Source: Bacteroidales bacterium | Lineage (GTDB): Bacteria > Bacteroidota > Bacteroidia > Bacteroidales > P3 | DNA length: 59,612 nucleotides | Direction: 5' to 3' | Assembly (NCBI GenBank): GCA_017501495.1 | Contig: JAFVWV010000149.1 | Span: 1 to 59,612, forward strand | The notes under the pieces: generated by a model | The model's input: only the letters and a program-made list of their open reading frames with translations | What the model was told of the DNA's origin: nothing | Database searches by the model: none | Translations under genes and position numbers: made by a program | Part shown: one piece after another, positions 10,414 to 20,028 of the stretch | Layout of the letters: each line of letters begins with the position of its first letter | How positions within the stretch are numbered: position 1 is the first letter of the stretch

Positions 10414-11095
10414 TAATATGGAACAGACGCGTCACGACGCGTCTCTACAGCAGCTGCTCGGCGCCCTCGAGCGCGACGGCCGCAATGCGCGCCGCCAGCA
10501 GCAGTTGTCCGAAATGATAGACGGCCTGGCCGCCAAAGAGAAGGCCGATGCCCACCGTGTGCGCCGCATGTGGACCATGCGTATTGCGGCGGCAGCCTGC
10601 GTGTTCTTCTTCATCGTTACGGCGGTGCGCGTGTGGTTCATCCCCACGGAGCAAACCGTAGAACCGCAGGTGGCCCGTGCAGAGGCACCCGTGGCCGACA
10701 CCGCCGCGCCGATGCCGGAAGCGCGGCCAGCCATCGCCACCCCGGCACCGAGCCTGAGCCACAAGCGCAAGGCGGCTATGCCTAAACCTTCAGTCGAGAG
10801 CACGACAATGCCCGAGGAACTGTTGGTCGAGGCAGCCCCACAGCCGCCAGCCCCGCAGCCCACAGAGCCCGAACCGCAAGCCATCGACCAGGAACCTGTC
10901 TATGCCCAGTCCACCGAAAGCCCCATCGATAGCATAGCGCAACCATTGAGCAGCCTCGCCGCCAAGCCCGAGCCGCTGGCGCAGGCCACGCCCAAAGCCG
11001 AGCCAAAGCCCCGCCGCAGCTTGTGGAAGAGCCTCTTCGGCCGCACAGCACCCAGCGAGATGGATGGCACTATACTGGCCATCAATATACTGTAA
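10400..11095 (+). CDS. Putative anti-sigma factor / membrane protein with a Pro/Ala-rich C-terminus
   Basis: Overlaps the end of the sigma gene. One TM segment IAAAACVFFFIVTAVRVWFI, followed by a low-complexity tail. Confidence 0.55.
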   Translation: MKTDNNMEQTRHDASLQQLLGALERDGRNARRQQQLSEMIDGLAAKEKADAHRVRRMWTMRIAAAACVFFFIVTAVRVWFIPTEQTVEPQVARAEAPVADTAAPMPEARPAIATPAPSLSHKRKAAMPKPSVESTTMPEELLVEAAPQPPAPQPTEPEPQAIDQEPVYAQSTESPIDSIAQPLSSLAAKPEPLAQATPKAEPKPRRSLWKSLFGRTAPSEMDGTILAINIL

Positions 11096-11114
11096 ATCAA
11101 CAAACCCCATCTAT

Positions 11115-11882
11115 ATGAGACATACTCTAACACTAATGGCAGCCCTGGTCGTAGCCTTCGGCCTGCAGGCGCAGAGCAACACAGCCACAGCCGACACCCT
11201 CGGCCAGGCCGAGCAGCCCCACGTATCGCTCCAGCTTGGCCTTGGAGGCGGCGCCACGCTGTACTCGAACATGTACGACGACTCGCCCTACTACTCGCGT
11301 TACGGCCTCTTCGTGCAGGTGCCGCTGATGTTCGGCTATGAGGTGTCGCCCCGCTGGGAGCTACGTGCCGGCCTGCGCTATGACTTCTGCTTCGACCCGC
11401 TCTACTATCCCGTGAAGGTCAACTATGCGGAGCGGGATGGATTGGCCTACAGCCAGGGACTCGACTTCGAGAGCGCCCCCGTGAACGGCAAGCAGAGCGC
11501 CTATGCCCTGCGCAGCTATATTGGCATACCGCTGCAGGCCACGTGGTACCCCTATCCGCGCGAGAAGCGCCTGCTGCAGTTCCAATTCGACCTTTTCGCC
11601 GGCTATGCCGTGGGCCGCACGGTGATGATAAACCACCGCTCTGTGAGCCGCACCATCGCTGGCGACCAGGTGAACTGGAGCGACACCTCGCCGCTGGGCG
11701 AAGAGCTGACCACCGACGACAATACCTTGCTGCGCTGGCGCCTGGAGCTGGGCGCAACCGTGAGCACCGACGTGCTGGGCCTCATACACGGCGTGCGCTT
11801 CTTCGGCAACCTGCTGCCCACCTACCGCGACCCCTTGACGGGCGACGGCGTGTACCTGTTCGGAATGAATTTTTACCTATAA
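11115..11882 (+). CDS. Putative outer-membrane beta-barrel protein
   Basis: Signal peptide MRHTLTLMAALVVAFGLQAQ, alternating beta-strand pattern and an aromatic C-terminus. Confidence 0.6.
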   Translation: MRHTLTLMAALVVAFGLQAQSNTATADTLGQAEQPHVSLQLGLGGGATLYSNMYDDSPYYSRYGLFVQVPLMFGYEVSPRWELRAGLRYDFCFDPLYYPVKVNYAERDGLAYSQGLDFESAPVNGKQSAYALRSYIGIPLQATWYPYPREKRLLQFQFDLFAGYAVGRTVMINHRSVSRTIAGDQVNWSDTSPLGEELTTDDNTLLRWRLELGATVSTDVLGLIHGVRFFGNLLPTYRDPLTGDGVYLFGMNFYL

Positions 11883-11896
11883 AATTGTATGTCAAA

Positions 11897-12805
11897 ATGA
11901 AACGCAACCTCAAACCCACCATTGCCGCCATTGCCTTTTTTGCCATCATGACCTTGGTAGGCATCGAGAGTGCCCACGCGCAAATCAACCTGCTGGAACA
12001 GGTCCACGCCACCGACACCAACCCCCTGATAGCCACCACCGGCCCCAACACCATAGGCGCGGGCCACCTGCAGCTGAGCGCCGACGCCACCTGGAGCCAC
12101 CTGAGCTACACCAGCGAGAGCTACCTCCTGCCCGGAACCGCCGTCATGCCCACCTACCCGGGCACCATCCACATGGTGAACTCCATGCGCTGCAACGCCT
12201 TTGGCGGCGCCCTCGGCGTGCGCTACGGCATAGGCAAACTCCTCGAACTCAACGCAAGCTTCAGCGGCGGCCTCAACACCGAGCGCGACAACGCCATCAT
12301 GAACAACCACGACACCGTCATCATCGCCCGCTGCCAGACGCTCGACGTAGCCTTCGGTGCCAAAGTGCACGTATACGAAGGGCACGCCTGGGTGCCGCAG
12401 ATGGCGCTGGCGGCGCAGCTCTCGGAAAGCTTTGTGCGCTTCGGCGATCGCGACGGCTTCGACAGCCACACCCCCGCCTGGGCCGTCGAGTTGCAGCTGC
12501 GCAACCGCTTGGGCCACCGCTGGATGCTCGACTACCATGTGGGTTTTGCCAGCAACGAAGTCTGGCTCGGCTCGCGGGCGACGGCCGCCAAGTTCACCTA
12601 TGGCCTCATGGCGCGCTTCCTGGCCAGCGACCGCCTGCTGCTCGGCGCGGGGCTTGAGGACGGCAACGGTCTGTTCGAAGCTCACTTCCAGGCCACACCG
12701 AGCCTGCAACTCAAGGCCCAAGCCCGCGTGGCCACCGGCCTGGGTGCCGACATGTCGACCACCAGCGCATACGGCATGCTTGGCATCAACTGGATGATTA
12801 AATAG
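11897..12805 (+). CDS. Putative outer-membrane beta-barrel channel, paralog of 12855..13679
   Basis: Signal peptide ending AHAQ. Shares TTGPNT[IV]GAGHLQL and a C-terminal G[IV]xWM[IL]K with the next gene. Confidence 0.6.
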   Translation: MKRNLKPTIAAIAFFAIMTLVGIESAHAQINLLEQVHATDTNPLIATTGPNTIGAGHLQLSADATWSHLSYTSESYLLPGTAVMPTYPGTIHMVNSMRCNAFGGALGVRYGIGKLLELNASFSGGLNTERDNAIMNNHDTVIIARCQTLDVAFGAKVHVYEGHAWVPQMALAAQLSESFVRFGDRDGFDSHTPAWAVELQLRNRLGHRWMLDYHVGFASNEVWLGSRATAAKFTYGLMARFLASDRLLLGAGLEDGNGLFEAHFQATPSLQLKAQARVATGLGADMSTTSAYGMLGINWMIK

Positions 12806-12854
12806 AACCAATTCCACACTACAGAATTCTAATTCTCAAACGTATATTCCTCTT

Positions 12855-13679
12855 ATGAAAAAAACTTTTATGGCCATCTTAGCCATGGCCACAGCCATCA
12901 CTATGGCCCAAGCCCAGGTCAACATAACCGTCGACCGCGACACCAACCACCTCTTTGCCACCACTGGACCCAACACCGTGGGCGCAGGCCACCTGCAACT
13001 CGGTTTTACCGCCGGATACCTCTGGCAACGAAGCGCCTCCGACCTCACCGCGTCGCCCACCACGCGCTACAGTTCAAGCACCCTTGGCGGAACAGCAACG
13101 CTACGCTACGGCCTCGGCGAACACATCGAGCTCTCGGCGAATTTCGGAATGTCGAGCATCAGCGCACATTACGCATCAACTATCAATATCGCCACCCCCA
13201 CCATCGACACCACAGGCAGCACCTATGGCCTCGGCGCAGGCTTCAGGATCAAAATGTTGCAGTCGCATACATGGTGGATGCCTACCGTCACCCTCGGCCT
13301 CGGCGGTTTCATGCCCATCGTCCTCGGAACCGACAGCTCCAGCGTGACCCACATCTTCGGCACCGCCATGCAGATGCGCAACCACATAGGCAAGCGATGG
13401 GCCATCGACTATTCAATAGGTTTCAGCCTCGGCGATGGACAGCATCCGCACTACACAGCGTGGCACTACGGCGTAACCGCGCGGTACTTGGCCACAGAAA
13501 GCTTGATGCTCGGCGTCGGCTTTAACGACGGTTCGACCCAGCTCGAAGCCAGCTGGCAGGCCACGCCGACCCTGCAGCTCAATATCAAAGGTGGCGCCTC
13601 CGGTGGACTCGGCATCCTAAGCGGCGTCGGAAGCATCAAAGGCTCCGCCACCCTCGGCGTCTGCTGGATGCTAAAATAA
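12855..13679 (+). CDS. Putative outer-membrane beta-barrel channel, paralog of 11897..12805
   Basis: Signal peptide ending AQAQ, with the same conserved N- and C-terminal motifs as the preceding gene. Confidence 0.6.
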   Translation: MKKTFMAILAMATAITMAQAQVNITVDRDTNHLFATTGPNTVGAGHLQLGFTAGYLWQRSASDLTASPTTRYSSSTLGGTATLRYGLGEHIELSANFGMSSISAHYASTINIATPTIDTTGSTYGLGAGFRIKMLQSHTWWMPTVTLGLGGFMPIVLGTDSSSVTHIFGTAMQMRNHIGKRWAIDYSIGFSLGDGQHPHYTAWHYGVTARYLATESLMLGVGFNDGSTQLEASWQATPTLQLNIKGGASGGLGILSGVGSIKGSATLGVCWMLK

Positions 13680-13742
13680 TATCAGGATGTAACTGTTGCG
13701 AAACACTAAATAAAAACCAAACAAATTTTAACGAATTTAAAA

Positions 13743-14729
13743 ATGAAAAAAATAAATCACTTCTCATTCATGATGTTGCTCATAGGCATCATAACCATTA
13801 CTTCTTGTGGGAAAGAAGAGTTTAAAACATCAAAAAAAAGCGGGAATAATATCTCAAAAATCGAGATTCCCCATTACAATGATTTGCAAGATGTATTTAA
13901 ACATATGTCCAGTGCGTCATCGTGTACCGTTGATTCAATGTCAGACAAAGGAAGCACACAAAGCCCCCAAATTATCGGAACTTTATCCGATTCATTTTAT
14001 AATACCATTGATTTCGCGAATTTCCAAAATCAAGATGAAGCAATTGAATTCTACAAAAATCATTCTACAATGCTTGACAGTACAATACAAGGTGGTGAGA
14101 TATCAATCCACCCCAAATATTGGGGAAATCCGTATAGATATGTTGCAAATACCGATGGATTGTTTGCGATTGGACAATATGTCTACAAAATATTCAAACG
14201 TCATACAGTAGCAACAAAAGAAGATAATCTGAATGCATTAATTGCATTATCTGAAACTGATATACCTTACGTCGATAGTTCTATTTTTTTCGTTCAAAAA
14301 ATAAGCAATTCCACAAAAAGCATTCACGACAATTGTGATTACAGAGACAACATCTCAAACAAAAAGACAATTGGTAACGATAGAGTTGTTCTGGAATTAG
14401 TAACCACATATGGTAGCTACCCCGGATTTTCAAGCTATATTAGAAAAAGTGTTCATACATATAGCGAACACAAATCAGTAGGAATATGGTGGACGAGCAG
14501 ACATACAATAACTTGCCAAGGATCTGTAACTACACATGAGAAGTCTGAGGGTTCCACCACATGGACTGAGAAGAATTACCCAATCTCGTTTTCAGGTGCA
14601 ACAAATGGGAAATGGATTCATTTTGCAGAGCTGCTTGTTGCAGACAATGGTGCCGACCATCTACATTATACCAGCTATTACATAACGTCTCGAACACCAG
14701 GAGTCGCATATGCAGTTTTAACTCACTAA
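13743..14729 (+). CDS. Hypothetical lipoprotein in an AT-rich, foreign-looking segment
   Basis: Signal peptide plus lipobox ITITSCG. Composition is clearly more AT-rich than the flanks. Confidence 0.6.
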   Translation: MKKINHFSFMMLLIGIITITSCGKEEFKTSKKSGNNISKIEIPHYNDLQDVFKHMSSASSCTVDSMSDKGSTQSPQIIGTLSDSFYNTIDFANFQNQDEAIEFYKNHSTMLDSTIQGGEISIHPKYWGNPYRYVANTDGLFAIGQYVYKIFKRHTVATKEDNLNALIALSETDIPYVDSSIFFVQKISNSTKSIHDNCDYRDNISNKKTIGNDRVVLELVTTYGSYPGFSSYIRKSVHTYSEHKSVGIWWTSRHTITCQGSVTTHEKSEGSTTWTEKNYPISFSGATNGKWIHFAELLVADNGADHLHYTSYYITSRTPGVAYAVLTH

Positions 14730-14900
14730 TACCAATTAGCCAACACTTTTATAAATACAAAATGCAGCAGTTACCCCCGAATAATTTCGGCCAATAACAT
14801 AACATCTGTTAATAACAACGAAGCTTCATCAAAAAAACGATGAAGCTTCATTATTACAGACAGAAACATGCATGCCAGACCGCCTCAAATAGGGCACCCA

Positions 14901-15027
14901 GTGCTATCCGGTAGTGCATATCAACGATACTTCAACGATATATCAACGATATATCAACGATTAAAATCGTCGAAATATCGTTGATATATCGTTGAAGTAT
15001 CGTTGATATGCACTACCGGATAGCACC
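14901..15027. repeat. Complete palindromic phased-repeat element with roughly 62-bp arms
   Basis: gtgctatccggtagtgcata-(tcaacga + 4 nt)x4-ttaaaa-(tcgtcga/tcgttga + 4 nt)x4-tgcactaccggatagcac. The arms are reverse complements apart from two positions near the centre. Confidence 0.9.
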
Positions 15028-15096
15028 AAGATGGGTTAAATTAACAAAAAATTGCACGGCGGCGAAAGAAAATTTTGCCAGTTTCGGAAAAGTTCG

Positions 15097-15104
15097 TATC
15101 TTTG
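15097..15104 (+). promoter_or_regulatory. Bacteroidetes -7 promoter box (tatctttg) of the rimP-nusA-infB operon
   Basis: Matches TAnnTTTG about 43 nt before the rimP ATG. A leader hairpin agagagg/cctctct lies at about 15114-15136. Confidence 0.6.
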
Positions 15105-15146
15105 CATCGGAATGAGAGAGGTCGAAAGCCTCTCTTTGTTGTAGTT

Positions 15147-15587
15147 ATGATAGAGAAAATCAAAATATTAGAGTTGGTGAATGCCGCGCTCGAAGGCACG
15201 GACAAGTTCCTTGTGAACCTGAAAATCACCCCCGACAACCGCATCTACATCGACATCGACGGCGACAACGGCGTGACCATCGACGACTGCATCGCGCTGA
15301 GCCGCGCCGTGGAGAGCCAGCTGGACCGCGACGAGGAGGACTTCGCCCTCGACGTCAGCTCAGCCGGTGCCGACCAGCCGCTGAAGCTCACGCGGCAGTA
15401 CCGCAAGAACGTGGGTCGCGACCTGGAGGTTGTGACCGTCGACGGCGAACGCGCCGAGGGCACACTGGAGGACGCCTCGGACGAGGGCATCGTGCTCCGC
15501 ACCCACGCCACCAAGAAACAGCCCGCCGAGACGCTGCGCTTCGCCTACCGCGACATCAAGAGTGCCCGCGTGGCCATTAAGTTTTAG
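15147..15587 (+). CDS. rimP: Ribosome maturation factor RimP
   Basis: Sits directly upstream of nusA-infB. Size and sequence (LVNLKITPDNRIYIDIDGDNGVTIDDC) fit RimP. Confidence 0.85.
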   Translation: MIEKIKILELVNAALEGTDKFLVNLKITPDNRIYIDIDGDNGVTIDDCIALSRAVESQLDRDEEDFALDVSSAGADQPLKLTRQYRKNVGRDLEVVTVDGERAEGTLEDASDEGIVLRTHATKKQPAETLRFAYRDIKSARVAIKF

Positions 15588-15615
15588 AGAGAAAAAAGAA
15601 AAAACATAGACAAAG

Positions 15616-16851
15616 ATGAAAACATTAGACTTGAGCGCTTCCTTTCAGGAATTCAAGGAATTCAAGAACATCGACCGCGAAACGCTGATGCGCATCCTCG
15701 AAGAGGTGTTCCGCGCCGCCCTGGCCAAACACTACGGTTCGGAAGACAACTTCGACATCATCGTCAACATCGACAAGGGCGACCTTGAAATTTTCCGCAA
15801 CCGCACTATCGTTGAAGACGGTGCCGTGCAGGACCCGACACGCGAGATTGCGCTGAGCGACGCCCTGAAGATCGAGGACGACTTCGAGGTGGGCGAAGAA
15901 CTTAGCGAACCCGTGCTGATGAGCGAATTCGGCCGACGCGAGATTCTGAGCATCCGCCAGAACCTGGTCGGCAAAATCCAGGACTACGAGAAGTCGCTCG
16001 TGTTCCAGAAATACAAAGACAAAGTGGGCGAAATCATCGTCGGCGAAGTCTATCAACCCTGGAACAAGGAAATCCTCATCCTCGACGACGAGAAAATCGA
16101 GCTGGTGCTGCCCAAGAGCGAGCAGATACCGGCCGACCGCTACCGCAAGGGCGACACGGTGCGCGCCGTGGTGCTGAAGGTGGAGATGCGCAACAACAAC
16201 CCCATCATCATCCTGAGCCGCACAAGTCCCATCTTCCTGGAGCGTCTGCTCGAAGCCGAGGTACCCGAGATATACGACGGCCTGATCAGCATCCGGAACA
16301 TCGTGCGCCAGCCTGGCGAAAGAGCCAAGGTGGCAGTGGAGAGCTACGACGACCGCATCGACCCCGTCGGAAGCTGCGTCGGCGTCAAAGGCGGCCGCAT
16401 CCATGGCATCGTGCGCGAGCTGCGCAACGAGAACATCGACGTGCTCAACTACACGCCGCGCGTCGACCTCATGATACAGCGCGCCCTGAGCCCGGCCAAA
16501 ATCAGCAGCATCAAAATCAACGAGGAAGAGAAGAAGGCCGAGGTCTTCATGCAACCCGACCAGGTGAGCCTGGCCATCGGCAAGGGCGGCTACAACATCA
16601 AGCTGGCCTCCAAACTCGTCGGCTACGAAATCGAAGTCTTCCGCGACACCGACGAAGACTATGACGACGTGGCCCTGCAGGAGTTCAACGACGAGATAGA
16701 GCAGTGGGTCATCGACGAGCTGATCAAGATCGGCTGCGACACCGCAAAGAGCGTCCTCGCGCTGCCCAAGGAAGAGCTAATCACACGCACCGACCTCGAA
16801 GAAGAAACCATCGACCACGTGCTCGAAGTGTTACGCTCAGAATTTGAATAA
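15616..16851 (+). CDS. nusA: Transcription termination/antitermination factor NusA
   Basis: 411 aa with S1 and KH-domain sequence (AVVLKVE.., QVSLAIGKGGYNIKLASKL) in the conserved rimP-nusA-infB order. Confidence 0.95.
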   Translation: MKTLDLSASFQEFKEFKNIDRETLMRILEEVFRAALAKHYGSEDNFDIIVNIDKGDLEIFRNRTIVEDGAVQDPTREIALSDALKIEDDFEVGEELSEPVLMSEFGRREILSIRQNLVGKIQDYEKSLVFQKYKDKVGEIIVGEVYQPWNKEILILDDEKIELVLPKSEQIPADRYRKGDTVRAVVLKVEMRNNNPIIILSRTSPIFLERLLEAEVPEIYDGLISIRNIVRQPGERAKVAVESYDDRIDPVGSCVGVKGGRIHGIVRELRNENIDVLNYTPRVDLMIQRALSPAKISSIKINEEEKKAEVFMQPDQVSLAIGKGGYNIKLASKLVGYEIEVFRDTDEDYDDVALQEFNDEIEQWVIDELIKIGCDTAKSVLALPKEELITRTDLEEETIDHVLEVLRSEFE

Positions 16852-16919
16852 TTGGGACACCACAGTTTTCAATTTTCAATTCCTAATTATCAACTTACAA
16901 GAAAGGACTCGACAAAGAT

Positions 16920-17969
16920 ATGGCAAGTTTCAGACTTAACAAAGTAGCCAAGGACTTCAACGTGGGCATACAGACCCTGGTTGAGTATCTGGCCAAGAAG
17001 GGGCACCAAGTGGAGCAGAGCCCCAACACCAAGATTAGCGACGAACAGTACGAGTTGCTGGCCAACGCCTTCCAGAGCGAACGCAAAGTGAAGGAGGAAG
17101 CCGACAAGATAGAACTGATGCCGAGCGGTAGCAACCGCGTTGTCGAGGCCAACAACAAGCCCGAGCCCGAAGACGAGCCCGAAGAGCTGATTATCAAAGG
17201 CCACTCGTCGAGAAAGAACGCATCGAAGGCAGAAGCCAAGGCCGAGCCTGCAGCCACACCGGTTTCCGAACCGGAACCGCTGCCCGAGCCCGAACCGGAA
17301 CCGCAGCCGGAGCCTGAACCCGAACCTGAGCCCGAGCCCGAACCGGAACCTGAACCCATTGCCGCAGCAGCGACCGAGAATCAGGGAGACATCGATGACG
17401 CCGACAACAACGAGCAAGAAGCGGCCGCCGAGGAGACTGCCCAAGCCGATTCTGCCAGCCCCTTCAACGTGGTGGGCAAGATTGACCTCAGCGCCATCAA
17501 TCAGCGCATGCGTCCTGACAAAAAGAAGCACAAGAAGGGCGAGAAACACGAACCCGCCGTGTCGCCAGCCGCAGCGGCAAAACCCAAAGCCGCAAAGGCC
17601 GAGGCCCCCGTAGAGGCTCCCAAGCCCGCTCCCGCACCGGCCGCGGTGGAGACTCCCAAACCCGCCGAACCGGCAAAGCCCGAACCCGAGTTCATACAGA
17701 CCCAGTACCAGAAGCTGGAAGGCCCCAAGGTGCTCGACAAGATCGACCTCAGCCAGTTCTCCAAGGACGGCGCCGACACCCCCGGCAGCAAGCGCAAACG
17801 CAAGCACACCAAGAAGGAAGCCGTCAGCGCACAGGAGGTGAAGAAGATTGGCGCCGAGGTGGCCAAGAAGGAGAACAAGGAGAAGGAAAAAGCCAAGAAG
17901 GAGAGCCAGAAGAACGCCGCCGCACAGCAACAGGGTTCCGGCAAGAAGAAGAAAAAGAAAGAGGAGTAG
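16920..17969 (+). CDS. infB: IF-2 N-terminal region, ended by an in-frame TAG at 17967-17969 (same frame as 18087..19889)
   Basis: Low-complexity Lys/Glu/Pro/Ala-rich N-terminal IF-2 region including a (PE)n run. The reading frame continues unchanged past the TAG into the conserved IF-2 core. Confidence 0.7.
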   Translation: MASFRLNKVAKDFNVGIQTLVEYLAKKGHQVEQSPNTKISDEQYELLANAFQSERKVKEEADKIELMPSGSNRVVEANNKPEPEDEPEELIIKGHSSRKNASKAEAKAEPAATPVSEPEPLPEPEPEPQPEPEPEPEPEPEPEPEPIAAAATENQGDIDDADNNEQEAAAEETAQADSASPFNVVGKIDLSAINQRMRPDKKKHKKGEKHEPAVSPAAAAKPKAAKAEAPVEAPKPAPAPAAVETPKPAEPAKPEPEFIQTQYQKLEGPKVLDKIDLSQFSKDGADTPGSKRKRKHTKKEAVSAQEVKKIGAEVAKKENKEKEKAKKESQKNAAAQQQGSGKKKKKKEE

Positions 17970-18086
17970 AAACCCGTCGAGATAGACGACACCGAAATCG
18001 AGAAGCAGATCCGCGACACGCTGGCCCGCCTCTCGCCCCTCGGCAAGAGCAAGACCTCCAAGCACAACCGCGAGAAGCGCCAGAAG

Positions 18087-19889
18087 GTGCACGCCCAAAT
18101 GGAAGAGGAGCTCCAGCACGAGATGGAGCAGCAGAACGTGCTGCAGGTGACCGAGTTCGTCACCGCCAACGAGCTGGCCACCATGATGAACGTGCCGGTG
18201 ACCAAGATTATCGCCACCTGCATGTCGGTCGGCATCTTCGTCAGCATCAACCAGCGCCTCGACGCCGAGACCATCAAGCTCATCGCCGACGAGTTCGGCT
18301 TCGAGGTAAGCTTCGCCTCCGAGGATGTGGTCAACACCATCCACAAGATCGAGGAGGAGGACCGTCCCGAGGACCTCGTGCCCCGCAACCCCATCATCAC
18401 CGTTATGGGCCATGTGGACCACGGTAAGACATCGCTGCTCGACTATATCCGCAAGACCAACGTCATCGCCGGCGAGGCGGGCGGCATCACGCAGCACATC
18501 GGTGCCTACGAGGTGCAGACTGCCGACGGCCGCAAGATCACCTTCTTGGATACTCCCGGCCACGAGGCCTTCACCGCCATGCGTGCCCGTGGTGCCAAGA
18601 TGACGGATATCGCCATCATCGTCATCGCCGCCGACGACAAAATCATGCCGCAGACCGTCGAGGCCATCAACCACGCCCAGTCGGCCGGTGTGCCCATCGT
18701 CTTCGCCATCAACAAAATCGATAAACCCGGTGCCGACCCCGACCGCATCAAGACCGAGCTGGCCAACATGAACCTGCTCGTCGAGGAATGGGGCGGCAAA
18801 TACCAGAGCCAGGACATCAGCGCCAAAAAGGGCATCGGTGTCGAAGAGCTGCTGGAGAAAGTCATCCTGCAGGCCGACATCATGGAGCTCAAGGGCAACC
18901 CCAACAAGCGCGCCAAGGGTGTGGTCATCGAGAGCGCCCTCGACAAGGGCCGTGGCTACATCGCCAAGCTCCTCGTGCAGGACGGCACCATCCGCAAGGG
19001 CGACCCCATCGTGGCCGGTGCCATCGCTGGCCGCGTGCGTGCCATGTACAACGAGCGCAACCAGGAGGTCATGTCCGCCGGTCCCTCGCAGCCTGTGCTG
19101 CTGCTTGGCCTCACCGGCGCCTGCCAGGCTGGCGACACCTTCAACGTCATGGAGAACGAGAAGGAAGCCAAGGACATCGCCGCCAAGCGTACCCAGCTGG
19201 CCCGCGAGCAGGGCCTGCGCACCCAGACGCACCTCACCCTCGAGGAAATCGGCCGTCGCCGCGCCTTGGGCAACTTCAAGGAACTCAACATTATCGTCAA
19301 GGGCGACGTTGACGGCTCCGTGGAAGCCCTCAGCGACTCGCTCATCAAACTCGGCACCGAGGAGGTGCAGGTCAACGTCATCCACAAGGGCGTGGGTCAG
19401 ATTTCGGAAAACGACGTCACGCTGGCCATGGCCTCCGACGCCATCATCATCGGCTTCCAAGTGCGTCCTTCCGTTGGCGCCCGCAAGATGGCCGAGACCG
19501 AGCATATCGACATCCGCCTCTACAGCATCATCTACGACGCCATAAACGAGCTCAAGGACGCCATCGAGGGCATGCTTGCCCCCGAAACGCAGGAGAAGAT
19601 CGTGGCCAACCTCGAGATCCGCGAGACCTTCAAGATCAGCAAGGTGGGCACCATCGCCGGCTGTATGTGCCTCGACGGCAAGATCAACCGCCAGAGCAAC
19701 ATCCGCATCATCCGCGACGGCATCGTGGTCTACACCGGCAAGCTCGCCTCCCTCAAGCGCTTCAAGGACGACGTCAAGGAGGTGGTCAGCGGCCAGGACT
19801 GCGGCCTGAACATCGAAAACTACAACGACATCAAGGTCGGCGACATCGTCGAAGCCTACGAGGTCATCGAAATCAAGCGCAAGCTTTGA
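18087..19889 (+). CDS. infB: IF-2 conserved core (IF2_N, G domain, domains II-IV). The open frame actually resumes at 17970.
   Basis: [20 protein letters not shown] and NKID G-motifs. 18087 is the first ATG after the TAG. Confidence 0.9.
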   Translation: MHAQMEEELQHEMEQQNVLQVTEFVTANELATMMNVPVTKIIATCMSVGIFVSINQRLDAETIKLIADEFGFEVSFASEDVVNTIHKIEEEDRPEDLVPRNPIITVMGHVDHGKTSLLDYIRKTNVIAGEAGGITQHIGAYEVQTADGRKITFLDTPGHEAFTAMRARGAKMTDIAIIVIAADDKIMPQTVEAINHAQSAGVPIVFAINKIDKPGADPDRIKTELANMNLLVEEWGGKYQSQDISAKKGIGVEELLEKVILQADIMELKGNPNKRAKGVVIESALDKGRGYIAKLLVQDGTIRKGDPIVAGAIAGRVRAMYNERNQEVMSAGPSQPVLLLGLTGACQAGDTFNVMENEKEAKDIAAKRTQLAREQGLRTQTHLTLEEIGRRRALGNFKELNIIVKGDVDGSVEALSDSLIKLGTEEVQVNVIHKGVGQISENDVTLAMASDAIIIGFQVRPSVGARKMAETEHIDIRLYSIIYDAINELKDAIEGMLAPETQEKIVANLEIRETFKISKVGTIAGCMCLDGKINRQSNIRIIRDGIVVYTGKLASLKRFKDDVKEVVSGQDCGLNIENYNDIKVGDIVEAYEVIEIKRKL

Positions 19890-20028
19890 TAGGTTATAGG
19901 TTATGGGTTATAGGTTGTACTAAGCCCCGTAGGGGCGACAGCGAATAGGCAGGGGTGAAGCGCAGCGTAACCCCTGCACACTCAACAACCCACCACCCAA
20001 GCCCCGCAGGGGCGGCAGAAAATAAGAA
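19890..20028. repeat. Structured intergenic element: GGTTRTR heptamer x4 plus three GC-rich hairpins
   Basis: ggttata ggttatg ggttata ggttgta, followed by gccccgtaggggc, caggggtgaagcgcagcgtaacccctg and gccccgcaggggc. Confidence 0.6.

Noticed and set aside
14901-15027. Replication origin (DnaA-box cluster) as the interpretation of the phased repeats.
   Set aside because: The TCAACGA units do not resemble the TTATCCACA DnaA box. The element occurs at least three times, and no dnaA or dnaN gene is nearby.
17265-17356. Tandem gagcccgaaccggaacc-type microsatellite that looks like a repeat array.
   Set aside because: It lies in frame inside the IF-2 N-terminal region and encodes a (PE)n low-complexity linker. 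It is not a CRISPR array or a non-coding repeat.
17967-17969. TAG reassignment (alternative genetic code or pyrrolysine) as the explanation for the infB stop.
   Set aside because: TAG terminates several well-delimited genes here, both core (43513-43515, 44932-44934) and island (28502-28504, 31518-31520). No pyl genes are seen.
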